Shown here: one piece after another, positions 1-48,839 of the stretch | Layout: each line of letters begins with the position of its first letter | Position numbering within the stretch: the stretch's first letter is position 1 | DNA from: Hormiphora californensis | Taxonomy: Eukaryota; Animalia; Ctenophora | Length of the DNA stretch: 64,000 nt | Reading direction: 5' to 3' | Assembly: GCA_020137815.1 (NCBI GenBank) | Contig: CM035353.1 | Coordinates: 6,882,001-6,946,000, forward strand | The notes under the pieces: generated by a model | What the model was told of the DNA's origin: nothing | The model's input: the letters and a program-made list of their open reading frames with translations, nothing else | The model's database searches: none | Translations under genes and position numbers: made by a program

Positions 1-1002
1 TCTCTCGTAGCAGTCAGCGGCCTTATGTCCGGGGACGTTGCAATTCCAACACACGATGTGGTTCATCCATCCTCCGGCTCCGACTCCGTGTTGATTCCAT
101 CCGTTCGTGCCCCTACCGTAGAAGTTGTTCATAGGTGCTTGCTGATACACATTCTGCTGTTGCTGTACTGGTCGCTGATTGTGGACTGGATCTAATTCAC
201 TTGTTCGCAAGACGGTCACTTCTTCTTCTCCTCTCGCTTTCATCTCCATCATGGCTCGGTAGCTGGTGTCTAGGACGTCAGCCTTTTCGATGAGCTCTTG
301 GAACGTCATCAAGTCAGCATTTTGGAGGATGTAAATTGTGACTTCATCCCTTCGTGCTCCAAACGCTAGGGCATCTTTGAGCATAGCTTTCCTCGTGTCT
401 GTTTCCTCTTCTTTAGGCCACGCTTTCTTGGACAGTTTTACGAGTTCGTCGGCGAAATCTCGGAGCGACTCTGTTCTTTGTTGTTTCCTCTCCCTTAGCT
501 TGGTTCGTGCTTGTAATCCCGTTTCCTTTTCCATGGCATGGACGCACTTCTTTACCTTATCTTTAAAGGTTTCCCAGTCGACCAGTCTGTGTCTGATACG
601 TTCATCCTGTTCAAGTCGGGAGTTTACTTTGTCGGGCAGGTAAGACGCGAAGGCACGTATCTTCTCGTCGTCGGTGTACTTTCTGCTGGGGATCAGGAAA
701 TCCTCAAACCTTTGGATGTATCGCTCGATCTCCATGTCATCAAGTTCGAATGTTGTTGGTCGTTTCGCTAGTATTGTTCTGGTTTGCTCTGGTTTGACTT
801 CCCTCTGCTGTAGTCTTCTGGTCGTCTCCATCTGCTGCTGGAGTAAGAGCGCTACAGCTTCTTTCTGCTCTTTTGATAGTTCCTTGAGCACCGAATTGTG
901 TTTTGTTCTGTTCTCTTCGCTGATAGGATGGCACAGAGGAGTGTCCATTGGTTGACCGGTATGGGGCACGAATATCAGGTCTGTGTCTTGGAGCTGGTGC
1001 AT
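1..1002 (-). mobile_element. gag: Ty3/gypsy-like LTR retrotransposon gag ORF (runs off window)
   Basis: Minus-strand frame from ATG at 1002 to the window edge, with a capsid-like region (RKQQRTESLRDFADELVKL) and a CX2CX4HX4C zinc knuckle (VCWNCNVPGHKAADC) at ~10-54. Confidence 0.85.
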
Positions 1003-1139
1003 ATCTGAAACGGGGAATGGAACTGAGTATCTGATTCTATAAATCTATCAAATCACAGGAGTTTGTAGGCAATTAGGAGCTATAATAAGAACTACCAACT
1101 ACTAATACTTAACTTGTTAGAGAGTCCGGGGTCGCCAGT

Positions 1140-1652
1140 TGTGCACTCCACTTGGGTATGGGGGTTCTTGGTATGATGGTGTAGGTAGTTGTAGTTTTGG
1201 GGTCAGGGACCAGAGGTCAAACACACAGGATTTAGGTGGTTTGAGAAGTCAATTGTCAAACTCAAGTGATTTGGTTACATCGTGAACTGAATTGAAATCG
1301 CAACTATACTGGTTATATCTCACGGTTTCCCACTTACAAATCACAATATTATGATAGCGGTCTTGTTGATTGAACTTTGTCTCACTCTCTCAACTCAAGG
1401 CACTCTCTCTAACTCTCTCGAGGGTTCACTCCTCTTGTGACTGGTACAACTTGCACCATCACTTGCAGAAAATGGGTCTTCATGGGTTTTAATGGGCCCA
1501 ATCACAACCGATCCTACAAGTGATGTTTGCGTAACTAAAGGGCTACAATTTGACCCCGCCGAACTGGCGCTAACACGCATCTAAACAATCCTAATATATA
1601 TAGTATGCACATATGATATTAATGAGTAGGTGTCATAGTACTGTACCCTACA
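1140..1652 (-). mobile_element. 5' LTR of the gypsy-like element, followed by primer-binding site
   Basis: On minus, TGTAGGG (1652) ... TGCACA (1140), then AC and TGGCGACCCCGG (PBS-like, tRNA-Arg-type) upstream of gag. The second LTR is not in the window. Confidence 0.65.
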
Positions 1653-1659
1653 CTGCTAA

Positions 1660-1930
1660 AGTCGAATTTTTTAATCAAGGGACAGGGACCGCGCATTTAC
1701 AAAAGTCTTTTTGCGCGTGCTAAACGTTTTCGCTCATATCTCCTGTTCCTGATAAGATAAAGACATGGTTTTGGTTGCGTTGAAAAGGTCTTAAAATTAT
1801 CTTTCCAACGCTTCCTGGTTCAAGTCTTAAGATTATCGGGAACTTGATCTCGATTATCACGCGCAAATACAAAGCCGCGCGACACCTCTGAATGCGCGGC
1901 CCCCTGTCCCTTGATTAAAAAATCCGACTA
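1660..1930. mobile_element. MITE with ~35-bp TIRs (AGTCG(G/A)ATTTTTTAATCAAGGGACAGGG)
   Basis: Inverted termini at 1660-1697 and 1891-1930; related AGTCGGATTTT termini at ~46290 and 61838-62066. Confidence 0.65.
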
Positions 1931-2043
1931 TATGTATCACTATCAGTAAGAAACAGGCTTGAACAAATCATCTCACAGTTAAAATACCTAGTAGGTAAAA
2001 TATACTTATTTCAAACCAATGTTGTAAGATGGTTTGATACGAG

Positions 2044-2720
2044 TTGGTGACATTGACACCTAGTGCGTGCGAGATCGAGGTCGCGTAGCGACCGAGATCG
2101 AGCTCGCACATAGGTGTCCGCTCCGCCCCCTAAAAAAGGGTCGTGTCTTTCAAGCCAAATTGCACGTGATCCACTGGACCGATTTGCATCCGGTTTGTCG
2201 CAAAAGACTACAAATTGGTCCTAGTTTACTGGAAAATACCCGAGAAGTTTGTCTGTCAACAGGAAGTGGGTCAAAATTGACACTGAAGTCAAATCTATAA
2301 TCTGGCTTCCGAGCCTTTTTGCACCACTCCCAGACGGTGTAGAATGAATCTGAGGGTATCAGAAGATAGGTTGAACTCTTGTGAGTACTGGAAAATACCC
2401 GGCATTAATAGCTGATGCTAATTGCATCAACATATCTCCCAATATCTTCTAAATCGCATGGGCGTAGTGCAGAAACTCTCGGAAGCCAGATTACAGGTTT
2501 GACTTTAGTGTCAATTTTGACCCACTTCCTGTTGACAGACAAACTTCTCGGGTATTTTCCAGTATATTAGGATCATTTGTAGTCTTTTGCGACAAACCCG
2601 ATGCAAATCGGTCCAGTGGATCGTGTGCAACATCCCTTGAAAGAAACGACCCTTTTTGAGGCGGAGCAGACACCTGTGTGTGAGCTCAATCTTGGTCGCG
2701 CACGGTGTCTATGTCACCAA
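2044..2720. mobile_element. Foldback/Mutator-like MITE, copy 1
   Basis: TTGGTGACA...TGTCACCAA termini, near full-length internal inverted repeat, 9-bp TSD TGATACGAG (2035-2043/2721-2729). Confidence 0.85.
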
Positions 2721-2981
2721 TGATACGAGAACGACAAGAGAGATCAGTCATGATCATGACGGCTCCGACCCGTCCTGTATGGCGGCGCCATACCCCATTT
2801 GATTCTGCGCTCAGATGGGTCGCGGCGCCAGACAGGACCCGTCTGACTCTGAGAATCAATACGGTGTATAGCGGCGCCAGACAGATTCCACCTAATTTCT
2901 ACTGACAGTAGTTATACACTCCATCAACACAATGACTGGTAATTCATGCCCATATTTGGGTACACACAGTTGGCGACAGTA

Positions 2982-34912
<31,931 letters not shown>

Positions 34913-35479
34913 GACGTCAGCTAGTAGGGTGATGGGGGAGGGAGGGGTTAGAAACGACATGACGTCAGCTAGCAGGGTGATGGGGGGAGGGAGGGGTTAG
35001 AGCGGTGTTGTGATTAGGTGGAATCTTTTGAGAGATGGATATTGAGATATTAAAAAATAGAGAGATAGCATCGGATTCTCGGTGATATTGATCATGATTA
35101 ATATTATAGAGCAAGGTAAACGAGGGAAGTTTAAAATTTAAATCATACAAGGAAGGTCAATTTACAAACTTTACCTACAAATTAAAACGTTTCTAATAAA
35201 TACTGCCAATATATACTGTCTCTTTTAGCCATGCTGCTACATCGGTCTTGTTTCTCCAGCATTCTCCCTATTCGTCATACCCACAGGAAAATCGATCAGC
35301 AATTTTTCAATAAAAAATTGTAGATCTCATTGAGTCGCTTGACACTGTGTCCGTGCTCCGGAAAGAAGAAAGTATGAACAATTCAAAGATCATGTCTCCT
35401 ACATCAATTTAGAAAAGGTATTTTCGGATGTTCCTGCAGATTCCCTGCCATCAGCTACCAATGCTCTGACAGTACAGAT

Positions 35480-39455
<3,976 letters not shown>

Positions 39456-39850
39456 ATCTGTACATTGTGTCACCCCAGCCCTTGTCATGCCAAACGTGCC
39501 ATAATGCTAATAATAACAAGTTTGAAGGGAATATAGGGATGGAAAACAAAGTAGTGAGGGCGGAGAGGTGTAAACTTTGTTTTTAGTAGAAAATTGGGTT
39601 CATTGTCTGAACGAGTATTTCCAAAACAATATGTTCCAACAGTACTTAACGAATAAATTAAATTAATGATACCTAACAGACCCATGGGACAACCATTGTT
39701 GTATTGTGGCGAACACCCCACAGCGTGTGAGCTAATCACACATAATTAATTGTTAGCGATGTCCCGGGTATATAAACTTCAGACTTTGATGGTGTGAGTC
39801 CTCCCTGAGTAGCACACTACCTCATTTTGACATTGTCTCAACTCCCTTTC

Positions 39851-42292
39851 TCAACTCCCTTTCTCTAATAACTTCTCCTGACCTCTCGACTGACTAACTC
39901 CTTCCTTCCCTGCTACCCTCTCGAGCACAGCAGATCTATCAAACTTTGGGGGAAGTTTGGGAAGTCCAGAGTCCGTTACTAGGTGAGGGTGGGTTGAGGC
40001 TAGTCGGGAAATAAGAGCCGATTCCGGGGTTGATATCTGGCGATGCCACCATTGTTCACCTAGGAAATGACATACATGTGTTATCCTTGGACAGGAGCAA
40101 TGTCCCTGATACTGTTCCTTTGATTGAAACCAGGAACCGACCGAAACAAGTAAACAACCAATCAGATCTCATTATTTAGGTCACGTGACTGGTTATCGGC
40201 CAATCAGGGACCAGTATTTCCTGATTCGGTCGGTCCCTGATAGAAACAATCAAATTGTATAATTTAAATCAAAATCGAGGAGTACCTGTGGTGTTTTTAA
40301 AGACAAAGTATCCCGCATTAAAGTTAACAGAAGTCTCAGCAGGTCGAACAAGGGCGGCAGCTAAACGCTCTGGAGACAATTTGGAACCTGGAGATTATTA
40401 GAGCGTTATAGCTGCAATTCATTTTACCCGGATCTCATGCCGGTAATCGGAATATGGTTTTCATCTGAATGTTATTCAGATAAGAACCCTTTTCTTTGTC
40501 ATGTTTGTATCTATGAATCCTGTATCCCTCAACTACTAACTAGGTATATATGGAACTCTCTAACCCTGGTTTATAACCCTGGTTTATAACCCTGGTTACC
40601 AACCCTGGTTACCAACCCTGGTTACCAACCCTGGTTACCAACCGTGAACCCTGGTTACTAACACTGGTTACCAACCCTGAACCCTGGTTACCAACCGTGA
40701 ACCCGGTATTACCAACCTGTAAGGTACTCGACCATCTGACGAGGGTTCCCACTGGCACCCAGTTTGAACAGGTTCTCCCGCAGGTACTCCCCCGCATGCC
40801 GGGAGAATGGGTCCATTACAAAGAGCTCTTCGTACAGAATGTTGGCAATGGCTTTACACCACAGGTGTGAGTAGACCTTACCGCCCTGGGAGTGAGGATG
40901 TAATTACTAATTAGCGTAACTAATTAGTGTAATTAGGGTGATTTTGGATGTGAGTAACTGGACATGAGTTGAATTGTTCATACATTATATAGAGCGCGGA
41001 CACATTGTCAGGCGACTCCAGGAATAAGTTGTTCTGGCCCTGTCGCATCAAAAAGATAGTAAACTTATATTGTCGGAGATATAATAACGCACATTACGGG
41101 ACACACACACACCTGTGTGTAGAGGGGTGTGAATCGGAGGTGGGGCGAGGTACCCTCCACGTAGGGGAGATGAGAGTATCCCTCCAGTGTCCTCCCATAC
41201 CACTCTGTACTGGACCAACCTGTTAGTTGAATTGTTTATTTTTAGCGCGGACACGGTGTCAGGTGACTCAATATTGAAGTTTACAAATAATAAAGTTCAC
41301 AGTGTGAATCACACCGCCACCCCTCCCATTGTCATGCGGATCCCAAACATCCTAAACATCCCGAACACCCTAAACATGCCCCAAACCCCCTAAACATGCC
41401 CCAAACCCCCTAAACACCCCAACCCTAAACATGCCCCAAACCCCCCAAGTACTACCTGTGGGAGTCCACTCTGTGTGTAGTTTATTATCCAACATTCCCA
41501 AGGTCACGTGATCCTCAATTTCATGTGTTCTCATTAGGTGCAGTGCATTAGAGATACAGGACACTGCTTGGGGCTTCACTCGGCTCTTTATCTCTAAAAA
41601 AGGAGGGGGTGTTAGTGATATAAACGCAAACAAAGATTAAGATTATTTAATCCGAATGTTGGCTTGGTTTGATTAGATCTGGGACTGTAAATCTGAAGTA
41701 ATATTACTTCTTACTTTGCCTGGTATGGTGTTTCATGACATGGTTCAACAAGGTTGGATTACGGGCAATCTTCTCATGTAGATACCTGCTGATTAAACGG
41801 GTATCTTGGGGTAGGTTGGCTGTACCCGTCACAGCGTACTGGCTTCGACCTAAAAGCAGGCTGTGTTTCCGGTATATTGCGACCCAAATAATGTTTTGTA
41901 TGTTCTAACACACAGCGAGCTGGAAGAGATATAAGAGGGTCGATTGGGCAACAAACTCTCTCTATCTAAGAAGAAAAAGAAGTCAAACACTTACACAGCA
42001 TAGAATGAAGGACACCACCAATTTCACCGAACAGTTTTTCCAGGGTCTTTATTGATATGTGTGGGGGTCTATACCCATTTCCGGGAGTATAATTACACTG
42101 AAAGTATAATATGTATATGTGCGTGTTATATACATACAGATGTTTGCCTAGCTAGACTGTGTTTCGCGCGTCCCGTTAGAACATAACAAACAGATGTATA
42201 TTCGGGATGTTTTGGATTTATTCGATGACAAACATTTCAATGACTCTCTCTCTCTCTCTGTCTCCTACGAAATTTGTTGGAGAGAGAGAGAC

Positions 42293-42336
<44 letters not shown>

Positions 42337-42607
42337 AGAGGAGAGAGAAGAGAGAAGAGAGAGAGAGAGAGAGAGAGATAGAGCCAGATATACACGCTCA
42401 TCTCTATCCTCTCTCTCGAGCGCGCTACCTCCTCCTCGCTCTCTCGGTCTCTCTGCTTCGGTCCTCTCTCTCTCTCTCCTCTCTCCCTCTCTCTCTCTGC
42501 TCTCTGCTCCCTCTCTCTCTCTCTCTCTCTCCTCTCTCCTCTCCCTCTCTCCTCTCTCTCCTCCTCTCGCTCTCTCTCTCTCTCTCTCTCGCTCCTCTCC
42601 TCTCTCT

Positions 42608-42652
<45 letters not shown>

Positions 42653-45600
42653 GCTCTCTCTCCTCTCTCTCTCTCCTGCTCCTCTCTCCTCTCTCTCTCT
42701 CTCGTCTCTCCCTCTGTTCGAACATAAATGTAAAGGAGGAATATATAATATGACAAGGCCAACCAACCTCAATAACGCTGATTGGTAGTGTGTGTGCTGT
42801 CCCGGATTTGATGACATGGTGACATGGCCCTCCTTTACGCTGCTCAGCGTTGTAGAAATCCAAATAAAGGAAACCTGGAATTATTGATGTGAAAAGATAT
42901 TATATCTGGAATTATTGACATGTTCTGGAAATTGTCCAGTGGAATTATACAGTATAGCATAGTTTAGATCTATGGTAGGCTATTTTAAAATTGTACAACA
43001 TGACACAACATAAGCTTAAATCTACACTTAAAATTCTAGAAAAATACAAAAAAGTTGTTTGACCCCGACGTGATTTGAACACGCAACCTTCTGATCTGGA
43101 GTCAGACGCGCTACCGTTGCGCCACGGAGTCAACTGTAGTTGCAGCATTCGGAGGATATTTATATGTAAGTGTCTTACACTGCTGTGTAATGCTGCTTTG
43201 TATAGTTTAGACTAGCCTAGACAAACAAAACAATGTTGAACAATGCGACACTCGGTATTAATTTCCGGTAAGGTAAACAATTTAAAACAATACACAACCT
43301 AGGAATATGTCAGGGCACTATGCGGTCTCAGCTTGATTTTTAAAAACGATAATTTTGGTGTCAGTAGGAGCTGGAGGGGGGGGCCGGCTGAAGTTTTTGA
43401 AGTTTTTGAAGTCAACTTCAAAAACTTCAAAGAGAAACTTAGGGTGGAAAACTTCAAAAACTTCAAAAACTTCAAAAACTCATATCTCCTAAACCGTTGG
43501 AGATAGGCCTTATGTTGCTTCATAACTCTTATATAAACTCGAGGCCGCTGATAATTTTGGTATTTTTTTCACTACTCCCTTTTAATGAAAAATTTGCATT
43601 TTGTGAAACTGGCAAAAAGGGTGTGGCTCCAAAAAAAATTTTGAAAATTTACTTCATATTTTTTAAACACTTTCTTAGCATTTTCTAGGCAACTTTTTGA
43701 GTTATAGAATGAAAATGAAATCTGTTTTTACAAAAAATTTAAATTTTTTACACCAAATTGTGCCATGGATTTCATGGCTAGGAATCATTGTAAATATCCT
43801 AATTTGTGGTAGAAAAAGGGCAGACAAGGACGGATAACTTTGCCACAATATGTATTAAGCATGAAACTAACCTAAACAAGTGTAATAATAGTCACTGATA
43901 GCATATAAAAGTAGTTTAGAGTTTTTGAAGTTTTTGAAGTTTTTGAAGTCAACTTCAAAAACTTCAAAAACTCAAAAAGTAGGGTGGAAAACTTCAAACT
44001 TCAAAAACTTCAGCCGCCCCCCCCCCCCCCCCCCCTAGGAGCTCAGGAATCACTGTGGTTTCAAAAATAATGAATTTGAAGCTCCCCAAGATTGGGTTTC
44101 TGAAATTGACAATCACTGAATCTTGACTAATGAACTGTTTCAATCGAGACCAAACTAGGGAGGGTTAAACCAGAAACCCAATTAGAGTTAATAATTTCCA
44201 GTCATGCTCAAGAGTTCGAAAATGAGTTTGTGGGTGTGGGTGTGTGTGTCAGTTCGAGTGTAAGCGCGGGACCCGCGCGCCAGAACAATAACCAAAACCA
44301 TTCCGCGCCCTACGTAAAGCACGCTAGACTGGGGAAGTGGCACACACTACTGCACACACACACCATTCGACTTGTTATTGCATTGCTCAACAGTCAACCC
44401 TCTCACTGGTTAGAACATAACAATCTTGTCAACAAACCAAAACCTTAGATCTTATGACACAGGATGATTGAGCTGTGAAGTGTGAGTGGGAACCCCCAAA
44501 ATCTCACCTAGAATACATACAGACACCATGACATGACTCACCTAGAATACATACAGACACCATGACATGACTCACCTAGAATACATACAGCCACCATGAC
44601 ATGACTCAACTAGAATACATACAGCCACCATGACATGACTCACCTAGAATACATACAGACACCATGACATGACTCACCTAGTAGACCCTCTTTTTCATGT
44701 TCCACCGCCAGCTTGATAACGTCTGGGGACCACAGTTCTCCCTGCGCTGGCCGCTCCGGTATAAGCGTTGCCCCGTACGTATCTTCCAACCACTGAGAAT
44801 ATAATTAACGATATTTCACCCCGATTTACAGGGCAAAACTCTTTCCCGAGTATCCCGTAAATCGGGATTCAACTGTATTACCACACTGTATTATCGACTG
44901 TACATATTATCTCACCACGCCAATTTGTTCAATGACAGATCCCACTGATAGAAAGTCTGGGAGGGAGGGGAAGAATCTGTTCTCCTGTTTTATCCAGTGT
45001 TTCCTATATTCATCTGCAATAAAGTGTGTGTCCCAGGGAAAAATAACAACTTCGTTTACCTATTAGAGGAGGGAGGTGATTGGTGTTGGTTGGTGTATCA
45101 TGATAGAGCGAGTTTGGTATTACATATATCGGGGTGTGTCACATATCGGGGGATACCCGATATGTACCAGCTTGATACATTACCGATATATTCGGTGATC
45201 AATAATCTGTTGTACATGCTTGGGTGTATGTAAGTGGGTGTTTCACACCAGTCACACATTACAGATAGTAAGATGTGACTCAAACTCTGTAATACCTTGT
45301 TTGCCCCCAAGTTCGTCCAATGGTCACTTCCCTGTAGCTTCCACTTCTCAAAGTCATAAAACTCCTCCCGGGCAGCGGGCCTAACTTGCTCGTGGGTGGC
45401 TTCCAGGAACTCCCGAACTCCCTTACTACCACCCACCATAGAACCTAGAGGGGAAGGGGAGGGGGAGTTATTGGGCTTCCAGGAACTCCCTTACTCCCTT
45501 ACTACCACCCACCATAGAACCTAGAGGGGAGGGGGGAGTTATTGGGCTTCCAGGAACTCCCTTACTCCCTTACTACCACCCACCATAGAACCTAGAGGGG

Positions 45601-47283
45601 AGGGGGGAGTTATTGGGCTTCCAGGAACTCCCTTACTACCACCCACCATAGAACCTAGAGGGGAGGGGGGAGTTATTGGGCTTCCAGGAACTCCCTTACT
45701 CCCTTACTACCACCCACCATAGAACCTAGAGGGGAGGAGGGAGTTATTGGGTATAATGTATATACAACGCACATTTAAAAAACACAGTATGGGAGTTAAA
45801 AACCTTGTAAAACTTTATCGACATAGTTCTCGTGTCCGGTCAGTTTAGCCTGTTCAGCTCTCTTTCCCAACAAATTGTGAAGTACTTCCTCTCTACGTAG
45901 AGAACATGAGTTAGAGCCTTATCCACAATCGGTTGATTTCTGCAGTGGTTAGACCACTCAAACGCGATAAGATAGATTATGTGTTACATAGAGAATGTAG
46001 CACAAATAGTAAATACATGTAACAACATGTACAATGAGAATGTGTGCCATCAGAGTTACCTGTTCTTATTGTACTTGTGGTACTGCAACCATGAGTGCTC
46101 TCTCTTCCCATCTAACGGATCGCTATCATACCACCCATCTAATACTATCTTACCCTCCTACAGAGGAGAGGGGCTTATTAATTATGTGACAGTGGGGCAG
46201 GGACAATACATACTATATTATATCGGGTATCTCTACGAGATGACATTTCCTAGTAAATAAGAAAAAGTTAACGCGTGAGATTTTATTAAGTCGGATTTTT
46301 GAAGTTGTCACCCCCAAACTCGTGCAGTGCATATTCATTACTTTTTGATGGGGGGGGGGGGGGTGACGACTTTAATTTACCTGTAGGGGCATGGTAAGCA
46401 GCGGATCGGGGCACTCCGAAATGGCAACTTTCACAGGTTTTATCGACCCTTGTAGAAACTCCCTCCCTACCGCTCTTATCTGAACGGTAAATAATTGGGT
46501 AAATTGGGTCTGAATGAATGATCACTCATGTGCATTCATCACTTTCAAAGGGCTTACCTCTTTACTAAGTAATTCTATGGCTTCCTGATCTTTTGGTGGC
46601 AATCCCAATCCCATATCCTGGCATTTTGAAACCATGTGCGACAATGCATACTGCGTTTCACCGTCACACTGAAAATGGTGAGTGTTAATTAGTGCTAATT
46701 AGTGTTAATGTAATGCGGTGGGAATATAATTGCACAGAAAATATTGATAATCGAACCTATAAACCTGCAGTCAGACCCCGATTTACCAGAATCCATGGAG
46801 GCGGTAAATCGGGGTCCTATAATAGGATGGGGGAATATTACTTATTTGAGCAGCTACCAGGTGAACTGGAGTCAAATTCTGCACAATTACTGCACAATTA
46901 CTGCACAACTACTGCACAATTACTGCACAATTACCTGTTTCCACGAATCAGGACAGTTAACTATTTACCTGTTTCCACGAATCAGGGCAGTTAACTATTT
47001 ACCTGTTTCCAGGAATCAGGACAGTTAGCTATTTACCTGTTTCCACGAATCAGGGCAGTTAACTATTTACCTGTTTCCACGAATCAGGACAGTTAGCTAT
47101 TTACCTGTTTCCACGAATCAGGACAGTTAACTATTTACCTGTTTCCAGGAATCAGGACAGTTAGCTATTTACCTGTTTCCACGAATCAGGGCAGTTAACT
47201 ATTTTAGTAAGGGATTCGTATACAACTGAATAGACTTCCATCTCAAATTCCTTCAACCCCACTAGAGATTCCCCAACTTCCAT
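39851..47283 (-). CDS. MIPEP-like: Mitochondrial intermediate peptidase-like (peptidase M3A) protein lacking the HEXXH motif, multi-exon
   Basis: Exons encode [17 protein letters not shown] (~45803-45892), [28 protein letters not shown] (44678-44792), FLYLDFY...LPISVIE (~42767-42874), [17 protein letters not shown] (41995-42097), RSQYAVTGT...QDTRLIS (41715-41849), [24 protein letters not shown]...[13 protein letters not shown] (~40716-40885); collinear with MIPEP as recalled. Confidence 0.85.
43060..43131 (-). tRNA. trnW-CCA: tRNA-Trp (CCA)
   Basis: GACTCCGTGGCGCAACGGTAGCGCGTCTGACTCCAGATCAGAAGGTTGCGTGTTCAAATCACGTCGGGGTCA, 72 nt, canonical; followed by a T-run Pol III terminator; intronic in the MIPEP-like gene. 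Confidence 0.97.
43373..44035. mobile_element. Poly-G/poly-C-ended DNA transposon, type C
   Basis: G-rich run+CGGCTGAAGTTTTTG ... CAAAAACTTCAGCCG+C-run; 8-bp TSD TAGGAGCT; AAAAACTTC subterminal repeats. Confidence 0.8.
44503..44682. repeat. 34-bp x5 repeat of a splice donor
   Basis: Minus unit GTGAGTCATGTCATGGTGTCTGTATGTATTCTAG, beginning at the real donor (44677). Confidence 0.9.
45399..45751. repeat. ~62-75-bp x5 repeat of acceptor plus exon start
   Basis: Minus unit CCCCTCTAG|GTTCTATGGTGGGTGGTAGTAAGGGAG...TTCCTGGAAGCC; the last copy continues as the coding exon ([16 protein letters not shown]). Confidence 0.9.
46931..47203. repeat. 34-bp x8 repeat of exon end plus donor
   Basis: Minus unit TAGTTAACTGCCCTGATTCGTGGAAACAG|GTAAA; the first copy is coding ([10 protein letters not shown]). 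Confidence 0.9.
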
Positions 47284-47721
47284 TCTTCGGTCACTGAAGG
47301 AAGATTTTGTTAGTGAGGTCTGCAGGTGATGGTCAGATTCATCTCAGCTGACCCAGTGGTGTCTATGCGTTATATACACGTCAAGTCTTTATAATGTTAT
47401 TGTTATATGTAGATGTAGTATTATACCATTAACAAGGCAGCAATTGCTTGGAGATTATTATTAGCCCCATCCTTTAGAGAGGCAGCTTATATTGGGTCCC
47501 TTCGGGTAGAGAGGCAGCTTATATTGGGTCCCTTCGGGTAGAGAGACAGCATTGAGCATATATTGGGTCCCTTCGGGTAGAGAGAGACAGCATTGAGCAT
47601 ATATTGGGCATTATCTCCATTATCCATAGCTTAGTAGGATAGAGAGGCAGCCCGCAGCATAGAGTGGTGATGATTTTATTATTACCCTCATCGCTCAGGG
47701 AGCCAGCTCGGGGGGGGGGGG

Positions 47722-47794
<73 letters not shown>

Positions 47795-48138
47795 CGCAGC
47801 GGTCATTGTGTTACTAGGAGTCACGTCCCCTGTCTTAGCTTAGCTAATAGCTTTCATTGTCTTCTAAGTTTTCCTAGTAATAGTATAATATAAATAATCC
47901 CCTATATTAGCTGCTATCATTCCATCATTCTAACGCCTGTCACTCTCTTGCGGTGGTGGTTAAGTCAACCACTCTTCTCGTCTTACAAAAATATATTAAA
48001 TGCCAGACGCCAGTTTCCTGTTTCAGAAGTTCTTAAAGTGAGAGTGGAATTCTGATTTGGTCCACTCTCACTTTAATTCTGGAATTATTTAATTTATCGT
48101 TCTCATCTTCCTATGTTACCCCATTTTAGTGTCTGAAA

Positions 48139-48474
48139 ATGATGTCTTTGATGATGACTCTGCTGGTAGCAGCAGCAGCATCAGCACACCAGATCGCTCA
48201 TTTTCCACCTCCCAACTCCGAATATGACTACATCCGAGTTGACATCTCCTCTGGTAGCTCTGACATAACGGAGGTCACTGTGGCAGTCTGGGCAAAACGG
48301 GTCCCGTCAACGTATACCCATGATGGAGATATCTTTAGCTACATGTCGTCAAAGAGTGATCATGACAATTTGATAAGTTTCGGGGGGAGCAAAACTGCCT
48401 GCGGTTTCCGCCGTTATTGTTAAACACTATCCGGCCTGAATTTCCCTTGCACGACCAACAGTCAAATAAGACGG
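48139..48474 (+). CDS. Secreted pentraxin/LamG-domain protein, first exon only
   Basis: Signal peptide, then HFPPPNSEYDYIRV...ITEVTVAVWAK...GDIFSY (pentraxin-type N-terminal pattern); GTAAGT donor at ~48475; downstream lost in low-quality sequence. Confidence 0.6.
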
Positions 48475-48839
48475 TAAGTTAGATACCCTTTTGAAGTTTT
48501 TTGTGACTCTTATGAACGGCGATCAGCTGTTATATACAGCCATTATAATAAGCAAACGATCTTTTTTGTCCACTAGCAGCTAAAGCTCTCTCTCTCTCCA
48601 TATATCAGATGAATGCACTCAACCCGACTGGAACGTTAGTTATCTAGAGCGCGATCACGTGTGACAACTAAAAGATACCATTAACTGATATCTTTTAGCC
48701 TCAACGAAATCTATGAATAAAGGCTTAGGAATAGGACCACAGGGAATTCTAATAATCGGACAGGTAACGATAGACTTTACAGACCCTGTTGTGTCCCCCA
48801 AAAGTAGTCGGCCCTTGATAGCAGCAGTGAGGTTGTATA

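Noticed and set aside
338-955. Plus-strand ORFs of 77-101 aa
   Set aside because: Antisense shadows of gag.
1126-1137. PBS primed by the tRNA-Trp in this window
   Set aside because: PBS TGGCGACCCCGG differs from the tRNA-Trp complement TGGTGACCCCGA; tRNA-Arg-type priming is more plausible.
42207-42863. ER/LS-rich ORFs and apparent GA/TC foldback
   Set aside because: Scrambled (GA)n/(TC)n microsatellite, probably low-quality sequence; only ~42767-42874 is a real exon.
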